From the sequence record MN871445.1: DNA of 64,000 nucleotides. One strand, written 5' to 3'. A program made the position numbers and the translations under genes. The notes beneath the pieces are model-generated. The model saw nothing but the letters and a program-made list of their open reading frames with translations. It did not search any database and had not been told where the DNA came from. Each line of letters starts with the position of its first letter. The first letter of the stretch is position 1. Below, piece by piece: positions 9,166 to 17,369 of the stretch.

Positions 9166-9651
9166 ATGAGCATGATAGATTTTTTACTTGAACAAAATTA
9201 TCAAGTTACAGTTACTAAAGACCGCGTGGTATTAAAAACACCCGACGGAAAAAATAAAACCATCAATCATAGCGGGGATTACGATTCAGCCATTCGTGAC
9301 TGGCTGTCTACTCAAGAAGTTGTTGGTCCAGAGATAACGGCTATTGTCAATCACGTAAAACGTTTACTGGACGGTAATTTGGAATCTCCGAATGCTACTT
9401 TTGAATATAAAGAGGCATCATGTTTGGTCGGCATACCAACTACCCATAAACCAAGAGCTGTGGAAGACGGTATTAAAATTACCGTACAAACAAACATGCG
9501 GGTGTTAGACGACACCATGTATGAACCACGTCTTGAGGAAATTATCTCGGCGATAAGTAACATGGCCTGCGATTATACCTGCGTGATTAACAAATTGCCT
9601 ACCATCGTAGGTGGCACGTATCGTTTCGAATGCATTTTTAAGAAAAACTAA
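9166..9651 (+). CDS. early protein, paralog family A member 1
   Basis: shares LL..(N/G)Y.VT, TPD..KTI..GD..SA and IVN with 10327-10830. Confidence 0.75.
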   Translation: MSMIDFLLEQNYQVTVTKDRVVLKTPDGKNKTINHSGDYDSAIRDWLSTQEVVGPEITAIVNHVKRLLDGNLESPNATFEYKEASCLVGIPTTHKPRAVEDGIKITVQTNMRVLDDTMYEPRLEEIISAISNMACDYTCVINKLPTIVGGTYRFECIFKKN

Positions 9652-9672
9652 CTAGTTATGAGGATTAAAGAA

Positions 9673-10110
9673 ATGACACTGCAAGATAAAATGAACAAAC
9701 TGTTTACTGCCGGTTTTACTATCACCACTGATGGGAAGAAAACAACGTTTACCAAAACGGTGGAAGGTGACTTAAATGATGCGATCGACAATCTTCTGAA
9801 TACGGGTTTCGTACAAACGAATTCTCCAATCCATGAGGTGCTTTGGGATAATTATTGTTCAGCATTAGTACCTTGCATAAAACAGTTGTTTGGTAGCAAA
9901 CACGAGACAGCGCCAACGTTCGAGTTTATTTGTAAGTTTGGGTGTTACGAGGCCCTCCGTAGAGGTGATTTGGTTTACCTAATAAATAAATTTCCTACCG
10001 CTTACGACAGTGAAAAGCAATTTGCCGAGGAACTACACAGAGTGTTACCGTCAGAGTACTATATTGCTGATATTATCAATAACACCATCCGTATTGCGCA
10101 GGCGGCATAA
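9673..10110 (+). CDS. early protein, paralog family A member 2
   Basis: GAGG RBS; NKLFTAGFTIT...KTVEGDLNDAI N-terminus. Confidence 0.7.
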   Translation: MTLQDKMNKLFTAGFTITTDGKKTTFTKTVEGDLNDAIDNLLNTGFVQTNSPIHEVLWDNYCSALVPCIKQLFGSKHETAPTFEFICKFGCYEALRRGDLVYLINKFPTAYDSEKQFAEELHRVLPSEYYIADIINNTIRIAQAA

Positions 10111-10272
10111 AAGGGAGGGGCTAACCACCCCTCCCGGTTTTACGCACGTTTCGCATCCCGACACATTAGTCGGCACCGCAGTTCCAGTTTCACGACAACC
10201 ACGTACATTACGCCAGAACAACAGCAATTTCGGTGAAAGCTAGGTTCGGCTAACTCACACCTCAGCATATTA
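10104..10272 (-). ncRNA. candidate structured small RNA (unclassified)
   Basis: Intergenic gap. Manually identified stems use G-U pairs only on the minus strand. AAAAATTAC and TATG lie upstream on the minus strand and a hairpin+TTTATGCCG lies at the 3' end. Confidence 0.35.
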
Positions 10273-10326
10273 CTGCTGATTAGTGTAATTTTTAACAGAT
10301 AATCTCAACAATAGAGAGACATCAAG

Positions 10327-10830
10327 ATGAGTAATTCTTTATTCAATCAACTGTTAGCCAAAGGCTATCGCATTACTTTCACGGAATCCCAAGTTGTGTA
10401 CTCCACCCCGGACAGTGAGGCTAAAACAATTCAATATACGGGTGACTTCAATTCGGCGCTGCAGGCTATTATTGTTAATAGCCCGGAAATACCTGATGAT
10501 GACACAATCGTTAACTTGTGTCTGAGGATAGTAGATAATATTCGAAGCCCGTGGGATGGGCCGCTGATGCTCACTCAACCATTTGATGGTGGGTTGATAA
10601 GAATAAATCCGTCTTATCAATTCTGCCAAAATAAAGACCTGCGACTTACCTTCGAAGGGGTTAAAGATGCCGAGGAGGTCAGTATAAAAATTGTTCGTTT
10701 ATTGCAACAAAACGGCTTGCATGGATTTCTGGTCGCGCATGCTCGTTGTCCAACTCTGTTTGTGACCGCAGGACCGGTGACTCAAATAGCATCCCCGAAC
10801 CTAATCCCATTCGATATATCTGGTCTCTAA
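10327..10830 (+). CDS. early protein, paralog family A member 3
   Basis: LLAKGYRITFT..TPDSEAKTIQYTGDFNSA..IVN. Confidence 0.75.
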   Translation: MSNSLFNQLLAKGYRITFTESQVVYSTPDSEAKTIQYTGDFNSALQAIIVNSPEIPDDDTIVNLCLRIVDNIRSPWDGPLMLTQPFDGGLIRINPSYQFCQNKDLRLTFEGVKDAEEVSIKIVRLLQQNGLHGFLVAHARCPTLFVTAGPVTQIASPNLIPFDISGL

Positions 10831-10845
10831 AGGGGAACTGAATAA

Positions 10846-11913
10846 ATGAACACCGAATTCATCAACAAACTTCTCGCCGCTGGTTTTGATGTGCAAACAC
10901 AAAACCAAGGTACTGTCGTGACCGTAAGCTATACTCAGGTAGGCCCATCTTTCGATTCTAATCTAAAGGAAATCGAAAACCAATTCAAGTTGTTCAATGA
11001 TGGTAATAACCCCGTCGATTTTTATTCGGACGCAACTTCAGCAATTGAAGAAATGCGGGCCAACCCCGCCTTAGTTAAGGTTATCCAGGACCATGCGCGG
11101 GGGGCTATGGTTAATGATTGTGGGGACATAGCCACACTCATTAGTGCGGGTGTCGAGGCCAAACGTACCGTTACCATTAATTCATGGGATTGGTTTATTG
11201 CTGGGGTGGAGGACTATTATCGGTTGACTATAAATCCCGACTCCGTAATCTCAAATGATCAAATGCAGCTGGTCAGGGACAATATAAAAACTCAACTGGG
11301 CGATCGATGGATGGTTGTTCTTGGCAGTCGCGTACATGGGATTGATATCTTTAAACCCAGGAATGTTGTCAAATACTTTACTAATCTAATCGATACATTA
11401 TCAGATACTAGTAATCAATCACCCTTGTGTTTTACTTTTTTAGGGGTTGATTGGTTGATACATCGCGGTCCGGCAAGATATATTTTTCAACCCAAAGGAA
11501 TGGTTAGTCCTGAAGATGCTGCTACGGTATACGCCATCATTGAACGTGAGTTGGTGCAGGATGGGCAATACCTCTTTCAACTTGCTGAATATGGTCCATG
11601 GATTACCGTACTCAAGAATATTAAATCTGATACGCTAGATTTCTATAAAGAATTAGATTTGATTTTTCACACCTCTTTTGTAGGTCCTCAGGTAATAGTC
11701 ATCGATGGTCAGGGGTGGTCCATCTCAGGCAGCGATGGTAATTATCAGCTGACCATAAACCCTGATTCAGACATGACTGATAGTGAAATGATGCTGATGC
11801 ATGCCAAAATAGAAACCGGCATGGTGGGGTGGGATGTACGTATTAGTAGTGGTAGTGATGGTCGTCCCGGGTTTGTCGTCGCTAGAAGAGGAGATTCAAA
11901 TGAAATCAATTAA
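10846..11913 (+). CDS. early protein, paralog family A member 4, with internal repeats
   Basis: NKLLAAGFDVQT N-terminus; repeated Y.LTINPDS module. Confidence 0.75.
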   Translation: MNTEFINKLLAAGFDVQTQNQGTVVTVSYTQVGPSFDSNLKEIENQFKLFNDGNNPVDFYSDATSAIEEMRANPALVKVIQDHARGAMVNDCGDIATLISAGVEAKRTVTINSWDWFIAGVEDYYRLTINPDSVISNDQMQLVRDNIKTQLGDRWMVVLGSRVHGIDIFKPRNVVKYFTNLIDTLSDTSNQSPLCFTFLGVDWLIHRGPARYIFQPKGMVSPEDAATVYAIIERELVQDGQYLFQLAEYGPWITVLKNIKSDTLDFYKELDLIFHTSFVGPQVIVIDGQGWSISGSDGNYQLTINPDSDMTDSEMMLMHAKIETGMVGWDVRISSGSDGRPGFVVARRGDSNEIN

Positions 11914-12175
11914 AGTTACTCGTGGCGAATACCACAACGAAGGTAAGAATGCTGCGGCCATCGCTGAAATGTTTGGCGTATCCCCGGAACGTTTTGACGC
12001 GTTCTGTCGTCGCGGGCATTTCATTAAACCCTTCGGCATGTTGCCCGATACAGACATCCCGGGTTGGCGTACCCTGGATGTGCTGAAATGGTCTGCCAAT
12101 CAGGCCGGCGTTACGCTGGGAACTGCAATCAAAAAATATGAGGCAGGTAAACTGCGTCAGCTCATCACTCTTTAA
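11900..12175 (+). CDS. Xis/AlpA/MerR-like winged-HTH protein
   Basis: AAAIAEMFGVS..RF....RG.F.KP.....W...DV pattern; GAGGAG RBS. Confidence 0.6.
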   Translation: MKSIKVTRGEYHNEGKNAAAIAEMFGVSPERFDAFCRRGHFIKPFGMLPDTDIPGWRTLDVLKWSANQAGVTLGTAIKKYEAGKLRQLITL

Positions 12176-12190
12176 CTGAAAAGGTAAACT

Positions 12191-12403
12191 ATGGAATCTT
12201 TGGATAAAATCACCATCGAGCAGTTAGCGACCCAGCTGGATAAAATCACCATCAAGCAGTTAGCGACCCATCTGGGCATCAGCGTTTCCACCGTGCGTAA
12301 TCGACTGTCGAAGGGAAAACTCCCTAACCCAACCGAACGCCGCGGTGATCAGTTGTTCTGGAGTAAGTATGATTTACTGGGTTGGGGGATTGACATCCAA
12401 TGA
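12191..12403 (+). CDS. Xis/AlpA-like HTH protein
   Basis: IKQLATHLGISVSTVRNRLSKGKLPNP...W pattern. Confidence 0.75.
   Translation: MESLDKITIEQLATQLDKITIKQLATHLGISVSTVRNRLSKGKLPNPTERRGDQLFWSKYDLLGWGIDIQ
12201..12272 (+). repeat. 36-bp tandem duplication (2 copies, 2 mismatches)
   Basis: tggataaaatcaccatcgagcagttagcgacccagc / tggataaaatcaccatcaagcagttagcgacccatc. Confidence 0.95.
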
Positions 12404-12831
12404 CGCTTTTAATTAGGCAGGGTGCTGGTACCGATGTTGTATTAAGTTACAATACACCCGACCGGATGTTTCAAGCGGTCATGGAAGAATCTGATGTCGG
12501 TGATGTGGTTTTCAAAATCGATAATCGGCTGCGGTGCTATAATTACCCGGCGACTGTGTCTTTCGGTGAAAAGGCACTCATTCAACAAGCTTTGGATGAG
12601 TATGTTCATTATGATGGATTGGATGTACCGCAGTTCATCTGTCATTCTCTCGATGCCGGCGGGATTAAACTTGAACGGTTCCCTTCGAGTCTTTTAACCG
12701 CGTATTGGTCAGTATTTGACGTGAACCTGGTGGTAATCGTCGATTATGGTCACTATGACGCATTGGAAGGTATCGTCGAATCGTCTCTGGTTTCTCGATT
12801 AAACACCCTACTTAAACCACGTTTCATTTAA
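12400..12831 (+). CDS. hypothetical protein
   Basis: ATGA overlap; followed by a hairpin+TATGCC terminator at about 12836-12867. Confidence 0.7.
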   Translation: MTLLIRQGAGTDVVLSYNTPDRMFQAVMEESDVGDVVFKIDNRLRCYNYPATVSFGEKALIQQALDEYVHYDGLDVPQFICHSLDAGGIKLERFPSSLLTAYWSVFDVNLVVIVDYGHYDALEGIVESSLVSRLNTLLKPRFI

Positions 12832-12885
12832 AATAACGGGTGGGCATATACCCACCCTCTTATGCCATCAAAAGGAAATCTTACT

Positions 12886-13332
12886 ATGCACGTGAAACTT
12901 GTTGAAAAACCAGTAAGCGTTAAGAAAGCCTATTACGCCCTCATGGTCCGTAGCGCCAATAACCGTATTGCTAAACAACAATACGTGATTGTGCAAATTA
13001 CCGATATTCCAGCAAATGCCAATTTGGCATCCATTTATCTTGAGTTTAACCGCCACCCAGATAAACCAAAAGGTTATACCACAGATGCGACTAAATTCGG
13101 TCTGGCTACAGTCGTTCCAGTTGCTGAGCATCAATGCGCTGCACTGTATATTGGGATGACCGAAGTGGCACGAATTTATGACCGCCCAACCATCGGCTCA
13201 ACCGCTGTGGACCTGGCAATAAAAACGTTATATATAACCCCAGCACCCAACATGGCGTTGAGACCAAATGCTATCGAACAGTTAGCTGCATTGGGTACCT
13301 TGGTTGCTCCAGGTGCCGTGTGGCGTTTTTAA
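12886..13332 (+). CDS. hypothetical protein
   Basis: AAGGA RBS before ATG 12886. Confidence 0.7.
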   Translation: MHVKLVEKPVSVKKAYYALMVRSANNRIAKQQYVIVQITDIPANANLASIYLEFNRHPDKPKGYTTDATKFGLATVVPVAEHQCAALYIGMTEVARIYDRPTIGSTAVDLAIKTLYITPAPNMALRPNAIEQLAALGTLVAPGAVWRF

Positions 13333-13358
13333 TATCTTACCTTACCGAGGACAGTACC

Positions 13359-13481
13359 ATGAATAAAGTTCAGAATATGTTTTTTTGGAATTTTGTAGCC
13401 TGGATTGTTTTGATTATTCTGGTGGGTGTGGGATATAAAGTCTATCCCTACGTAGTTGCTGGATTAAAATACTTGTTCTAA
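13359..13481 (+). CDS. 40-aa single-pass membrane microprotein
   Basis: Manual translation MNKVQNMFFWNFVAWIVLIILVGVGYKVYPYVVAGLKYLF; GAGGA RBS; terminator hairpin at about 13498-13525. Confidence 0.65.
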   Translation: MNKVQNMFFWNFVAWIVLIILVGVGYKVYPYVVAGLKYLF

Positions 13482-13561
13482 TAATACGAGATCCGTAAGG
13501 GGGTGGGCATTAGCCCACCCCCTCGACCAGCGCTTTAATTTTTTATTTTTTGGAGCCTAAC

Positions 13562-14077
13562 ATGCACCAATTCGTATTAGTGGGCGGGCAATGGGTGCCA
13601 GTCAGATCGGACGCCATGCAGGCCATGAATAATGCTTGCTCGACTACCGGACAAATACTTAGAACCAGTACGTCAGCAACTCCCGTTAAATTTTCTGGTG
13701 GGTTTATCGTAAATGGATTAAGTGTGGTAATCAATGCCACTGAGTTGTCTGCACAACAAACTGTTAATGCTGCCTCTGATTTAATTACACCGATTATTTA
13801 TATCCCAACAAACAGCATTTATAAATATAACACCACGACTTCAACCTGGGCGGTTGATGGTAGTGACTCCATCTCTAATTACCTTTCTCCAGGATTGCAT
13901 TATTACAATAATACAACAGGAAGGCTCTTTTTTGCTTTAGACAATACTAATCTGGTTTATATTGGTAATCGGGGGGTAGTAGCCGCAACCGATTCTGAAG
14001 CCATAGCGGGTACTCGAACTGATGTTGCTATCACTTCCACCCAAGCAAAATTGGCCTGGACTACCTGGGGGGTATAA
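13562..14077 (+). CDS. paralog family B member 1 (beta-rich, tail-fibre-type C-terminal repeat)
   Basis: GGAG RBS; YYYN.T.G.LFF module; C-terminal ATDSEAIAGTRTDVAITS. Confidence 0.7.
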   Translation: MHQFVLVGGQWVPVRSDAMQAMNNACSTTGQILRTSTSATPVKFSGGFIVNGLSVVINATELSAQQTVNAASDLITPIIYIPTNSIYKYNTTTSTWAVDGSDSISNYLSPGLHYYNNTTGRLFFALDNTNLVYIGNRGVVAATDSEAIAGTRTDVAITSTQAKLAWTTWGV

Positions 14078-14082
14078 TACTC

Positions 14083-14586
14083 ATGCCGGTTTATAAATCT
14101 ATTAAATATGGATCTTCGTTTATTTCGGTCAGCTCAGATACGCTGGCGCCATTAAACGCCTTATACGCCACCAGAACCTACGGGTTGTTGTTTAAAGATG
14201 ATAGCCTGTCTTTTTTACAATACACCCCAGAGCGTCTGTATAACACAGCACCGTACGTAATCGATACGTCAGCTGAACTGAGCGCGGTTCAAGCAGCAGC
14301 AACCACCGGATACATCGTCAACATGAACACTGCTGAAGTATACACTTATAGTGGTGGTACGTGGGTATTATCCACTGATAACACGTTATACTTGACTTTG
14401 ATTAAACCCGGACGCCTGTACCGCAACACTGTGACCAAATTTACGTTCTACGCTGATGCAACCCAAACTTTATTCAAGATGTTGGGTGTAGACCGAGGTA
14501 TGGCGACTCAAACAGACGTAACCAATGGCACGGGTACTCAGTGGGTATCACCACTTACGTTGGCCAATGCACATGGGAGTTGGTAA
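14083..14586 (+). CDS. paralog family B member 2
   Basis: IKPGRLYRN module; C-terminal ATQTDVTNGTGTQWVSPLTL. Confidence 0.7.
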   Translation: MPVYKSIKYGSSFISVSSDTLAPLNALYATRTYGLLFKDDSLSFLQYTPERLYNTAPYVIDTSAELSAVQAAATTGYIVNMNTAEVYTYSGGTWVLSTDNTLYLTLIKPGRLYRNTVTKFTFYADATQTLFKMLGVDRGMATQTDVTNGTGTQWVSPLTLANAHGSW

Positions 14587-14589
14587 GTC

Positions 14590-15075
14590 ATGGCGGAAAT
14601 TAATGAGTTTGTTAAATACGGCAGTGGTCGCCAGCAAGTTATCTCTCCGGATACGACTGGTCTGAACGCTATTGCCACAACCAATAACGCTGCCGTTATA
14701 ACCGGCACTAGTAGCGGTAATCCCATAACGCTAACGGACATCGCTGACGATTTACTTATCGTCCCGGCGACTGGGGTTGCATCGGCGCAGGCTGGGAATG
14801 AAGATTTTGTCGACGCAGACAATCTTTTATTGTACGTTTATGCTAGTTCCGGTTGGAGTACGGTAGCATTGCCTACCGCATCTATTCGTCCAGGAAAACA
14901 TTTTTACAGCACCACTTCTAAAAATATTTATTATTACGACCCGGCAACCTCCGGCCTGATATTGATTGCCTCCATGGCCCCAGAGTTTGCAACAATTACG
15001 GATATCACTGCAGGTACTGCGGGTAATTTACTTATTTCTCCGTATCTGCTGCGTTATGCGTACGACCATCGTTAA
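14590..15075 (+). CDS. paralog family B member 3
   Basis: IRPGKHFYS module; C-terminal ATITDITAGTAGNLLISPYLL. Confidence 0.7.
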   Translation: MAEINEFVKYGSGRQQVISPDTTGLNAIATTNNAAVITGTSSGNPITLTDIADDLLIVPATGVASAQAGNEDFVDADNLLLYVYASSGWSTVALPTASIRPGKHFYSTTSKNIYYYDPATSGLILIASMAPEFATITDITAGTAGNLLISPYLLRYAYDHR

Positions 15076-15095
15076 TCCCGTGTAGGAGTTATCCC

Positions 15096-15704
15096 ATGAC
15101 TGACATCAGTAATCAATACAAACCTATGGGCGTGACTGTAATCAATCCACACACTGAGTATCGTTATTATGAGGTGGGTGGATATCCACTAATGTTGGTT
15201 ATGCGTGACGGGATTGCCGTAGGGCAATTAGAATTTGATGTACTTCCTCCATTCGGGGAATATACGCGGGTGGTATTAGACCCTAGCGGTGAAGGGAACT
15301 TCACAATCATGTTTATGTCGTGGATGCATCTTGATGAAGGTGCCCTGGATGAAGATGAGCTGTGTGACGCTGAACTGCACTTCATGGATTTGCTGGGATA
15401 CCCTGAAGATGCACCAACGCATGCTGGATATTTGGAATGGGCATTCAACTCACCTAGTGAAGCCATCATCTATGTCATTGAAAACCCCGATGACCCGGAG
15501 TGTGTAGGCTCACTCATTATGAAGTATGAAGTTCAAAATACGGATACCCACATGTTCTATCAACCCGCTAAGAAGTGGATACCTTCATTCCTGATGGAAG
15601 TTAGGGCAACTAACACACTACGTGGGTGGTGTACTAATACTGCCAGTCAAATTCAAGATTTGGCCGTAATGCATTTTCCGGGTAGTGGGGAAACCATTCA
15701 CTAA
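15096..15704 (+). CDS. acidic hypothetical protein
   Basis: AGGAG RBS; 202 aa. Confidence 0.7.
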   Translation: MTDISNQYKPMGVTVINPHTEYRYYEVGGYPLMLVMRDGIAVGQLEFDVLPPFGEYTRVVLDPSGEGNFTIMFMSWMHLDEGALDEDELCDAELHFMDLLGYPEDAPTHAGYLEWAFNSPSEAIIYVIENPDDPECVGSLIMKYEVQNTDTHMFYQPAKKWIPSFLMEVRATNTLRGWCTNTASQIQDLAVMHFPGSGETIH

Positions 15705-15924
15705 ATCAGGCAGGCCGCGGGATATAACTGTGTGTAACGAATCTAAATGGGTAAACCTATAACGTGATTGTTTTTATGAAAAATGCGTTATGTCTTTTCT
15801 CAATTCTGAGGAGGGCTCTTGCCCTCCTTTTAATTTGTCTTCCTTAAGTCATAAAAAAATACTTCGCTTATATATAGAGTGAGCTGCTATGCAAGCGAAC
15901 GATAAAGACCCTTAGAAATAAGGC

Positions 15925-16020
15925 CGTTATCCGAAAACACCCGTAGGGTTTTCGGGGGAAAGGGGGTTTAAGAAATTGGGAAGGGAAAGGATTGTTAAGG
16001 AAAGGGAAACCTTTTTTATT
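15925..16020 (+). other. hairpin plus purine/G-tract-rich non-coding element
   Basis: ccgaaaa-ca-ccc-gta-ggg-ttttcgg, then GGGGG aaa GGGGG..GGG aa GGG aaa GG..GG aaa GGG. Confidence 0.6.
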
Positions 16021-16039
16021 TTTGATTCGGAGAAATACA

Positions 16040-16393
16040 ATGTATTCTAGCTTTGTAGAGGCGGATAATAAATGGGATTTCCTAAGAAACATTCCGATGG
16101 TTGGTTTTCATATACCCAACGATAATAGAACGGTCATGTACACCGATGTGAGTATGTTCACCACGCAATTAATTGGTGGGTATATTCAAAATGCTTATTT
16201 GGTTATACCTATTAATGCGTTGATTCATTTTGAAGAAAAAGAAGGTGAGTTCCTTCGTAAATACTTTGAACTGTATAAGACTTGTATAGGCGACTTATGC
16301 ATCATCAGAGTATCTCTCGCTGATTACCCACCGATTGTATTTAAAGGCATCATTGACCACTGGCAGCTGGTCAATTGCACCACCTATAACTAA
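16040..16393 (+). CDS. hypothetical protein
   Basis: GGAG RBS before ATG 16040. Confidence 0.65.
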   Translation: MYSSFVEADNKWDFLRNIPMVGFHIPNDNRTVMYTDVSMFTTQLIGGYIQNAYLVIPINALIHFEEKEGEFLRKYFELYKTCIGDLCIIRVSLADYPPIVFKGIIDHWQLVNCTTYN

Positions 16394-16436
16394 CAGCATA
16401 AAAGAGAGGCTGTTAAGCCTCTCCTTATGTCGTCTA
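16394..16436. terminator. bidirectional hairpin with CATA/TATG flanks
   Basis: cagcataaaa-gagaggc-tgttaa-gcctctc-cttatgtcg, between convergent genes. Confidence 0.8.
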
Positions 16437-17276
16437 TCGTTGAGTACCCAGAAAATTGCGGATATGTTTGACGTGAGCAGATTGAGATTGCATCATGGCA
16501 ACTTTGTACCAGGTATTTTTGAGGAAGTCTTTGTAATTCTGGTTAGCGTCACTATAACCCTCAATGACGCTTTTAAAAATACCAAAATCAAAACCGCCGA
16601 CGATTTCACCCTCATTCAGTTTGACGATAAGGTGTTTGTAGATATACGCTTTAGCCGCATATTCAACTAATTGGGCGAATTCACCGTATACTGCGGGTCG
16701 AAGAGTGGATAGTTCGTCATCATAAGTCAGCCAGCATGATAACCAACACCGATCGGGAATACGTACTTGGTCTTCAACCAATACCGTGTTGACGTTTACT
16801 AGAGATACGCGTGCAGAACCCACGATGGGCATGTTGGCATAGGCGTTCCATAGTGCGGCTCCCGTAACCAATACCCCAGCATTACCGGAACCCTTTTGTT
16901 GCATCTGGTCAAACCACGGGTTGTAGTTAGAATACGCAATGGAATAACCGTATCCGTAAGACACCCATTCTGGAGAGATGATTTGACGGCCTTGGAGGTA
17001 TTCTGACGGGATGATGTATAAACTGCTACGTTCGTCAGGGATCTCTCTTGGAATCGATGTGAGATTGATTAATGCCCGCTCAGAGTACTTTAAGTTAATA
17101 TCTCGCATGACCCTCGAACGAATCACTTTATTTTCGATAAAATGATCGATATCTGGGACTACGTGGGAAAACAACCGAACGTTATCCAGGAAAGCACGCT
17201 CCAGGATTTCCTCGGGGATGTCTGAATTATGTAAGCTATTTAAGGCGTAGCTGATCGCCGACGAAGTGGCTGGCAT
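16434..17276 (-). CDS. conserved phiKZ-like virion structural protein (neighbour of phuZ)
   Basis: 280 aa, GGAGG RBS, divergent from phuZ as recalled for related phages; function not identified. Confidence 0.6.
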   Translation of the reverse strand: MPATSSAISYALNSLHNSDIPEEILERAFLDNVRLFSHVVPDIDHFIENKVIRSRVMRDINLKYSERALINLTSIPREIPDERSSLYIIPSEYLQGRQIISPEWVSYGYGYSIAYSNYNPWFDQMQQKGSGNAGVLVTGAALWNAYANMPIVGSARVSLVNVNTVLVEDQVRIPDRCWLSCWLTYDDELSTLRPAVYGEFAQLVEYAAKAYIYKHLIVKLNEGEIVGGFDFGIFKSVIEGYSDANQNYKDFLKNTWYKVAMMQSQSAHVKHIRNFLGTQR

Positions 17277-17369
17277 AGAAGCCTCCTGGCGTTGGTAAAA
17301 AAATTACGTGGTAAAGTGACAGTATGTCGTTGTACCACATTTTAACTAGACTATTAGGGACCACTACAA

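Noticed and set aside
10262-10279. Early-like ATATTAC in the loop of TCAGCA/TGCTGA, suggesting N4-style hairpin promoters
   Set aside because: Only this site and loosely 2415-2438 form such hairpins; the other early promoters do not, so it is not a general mechanism.
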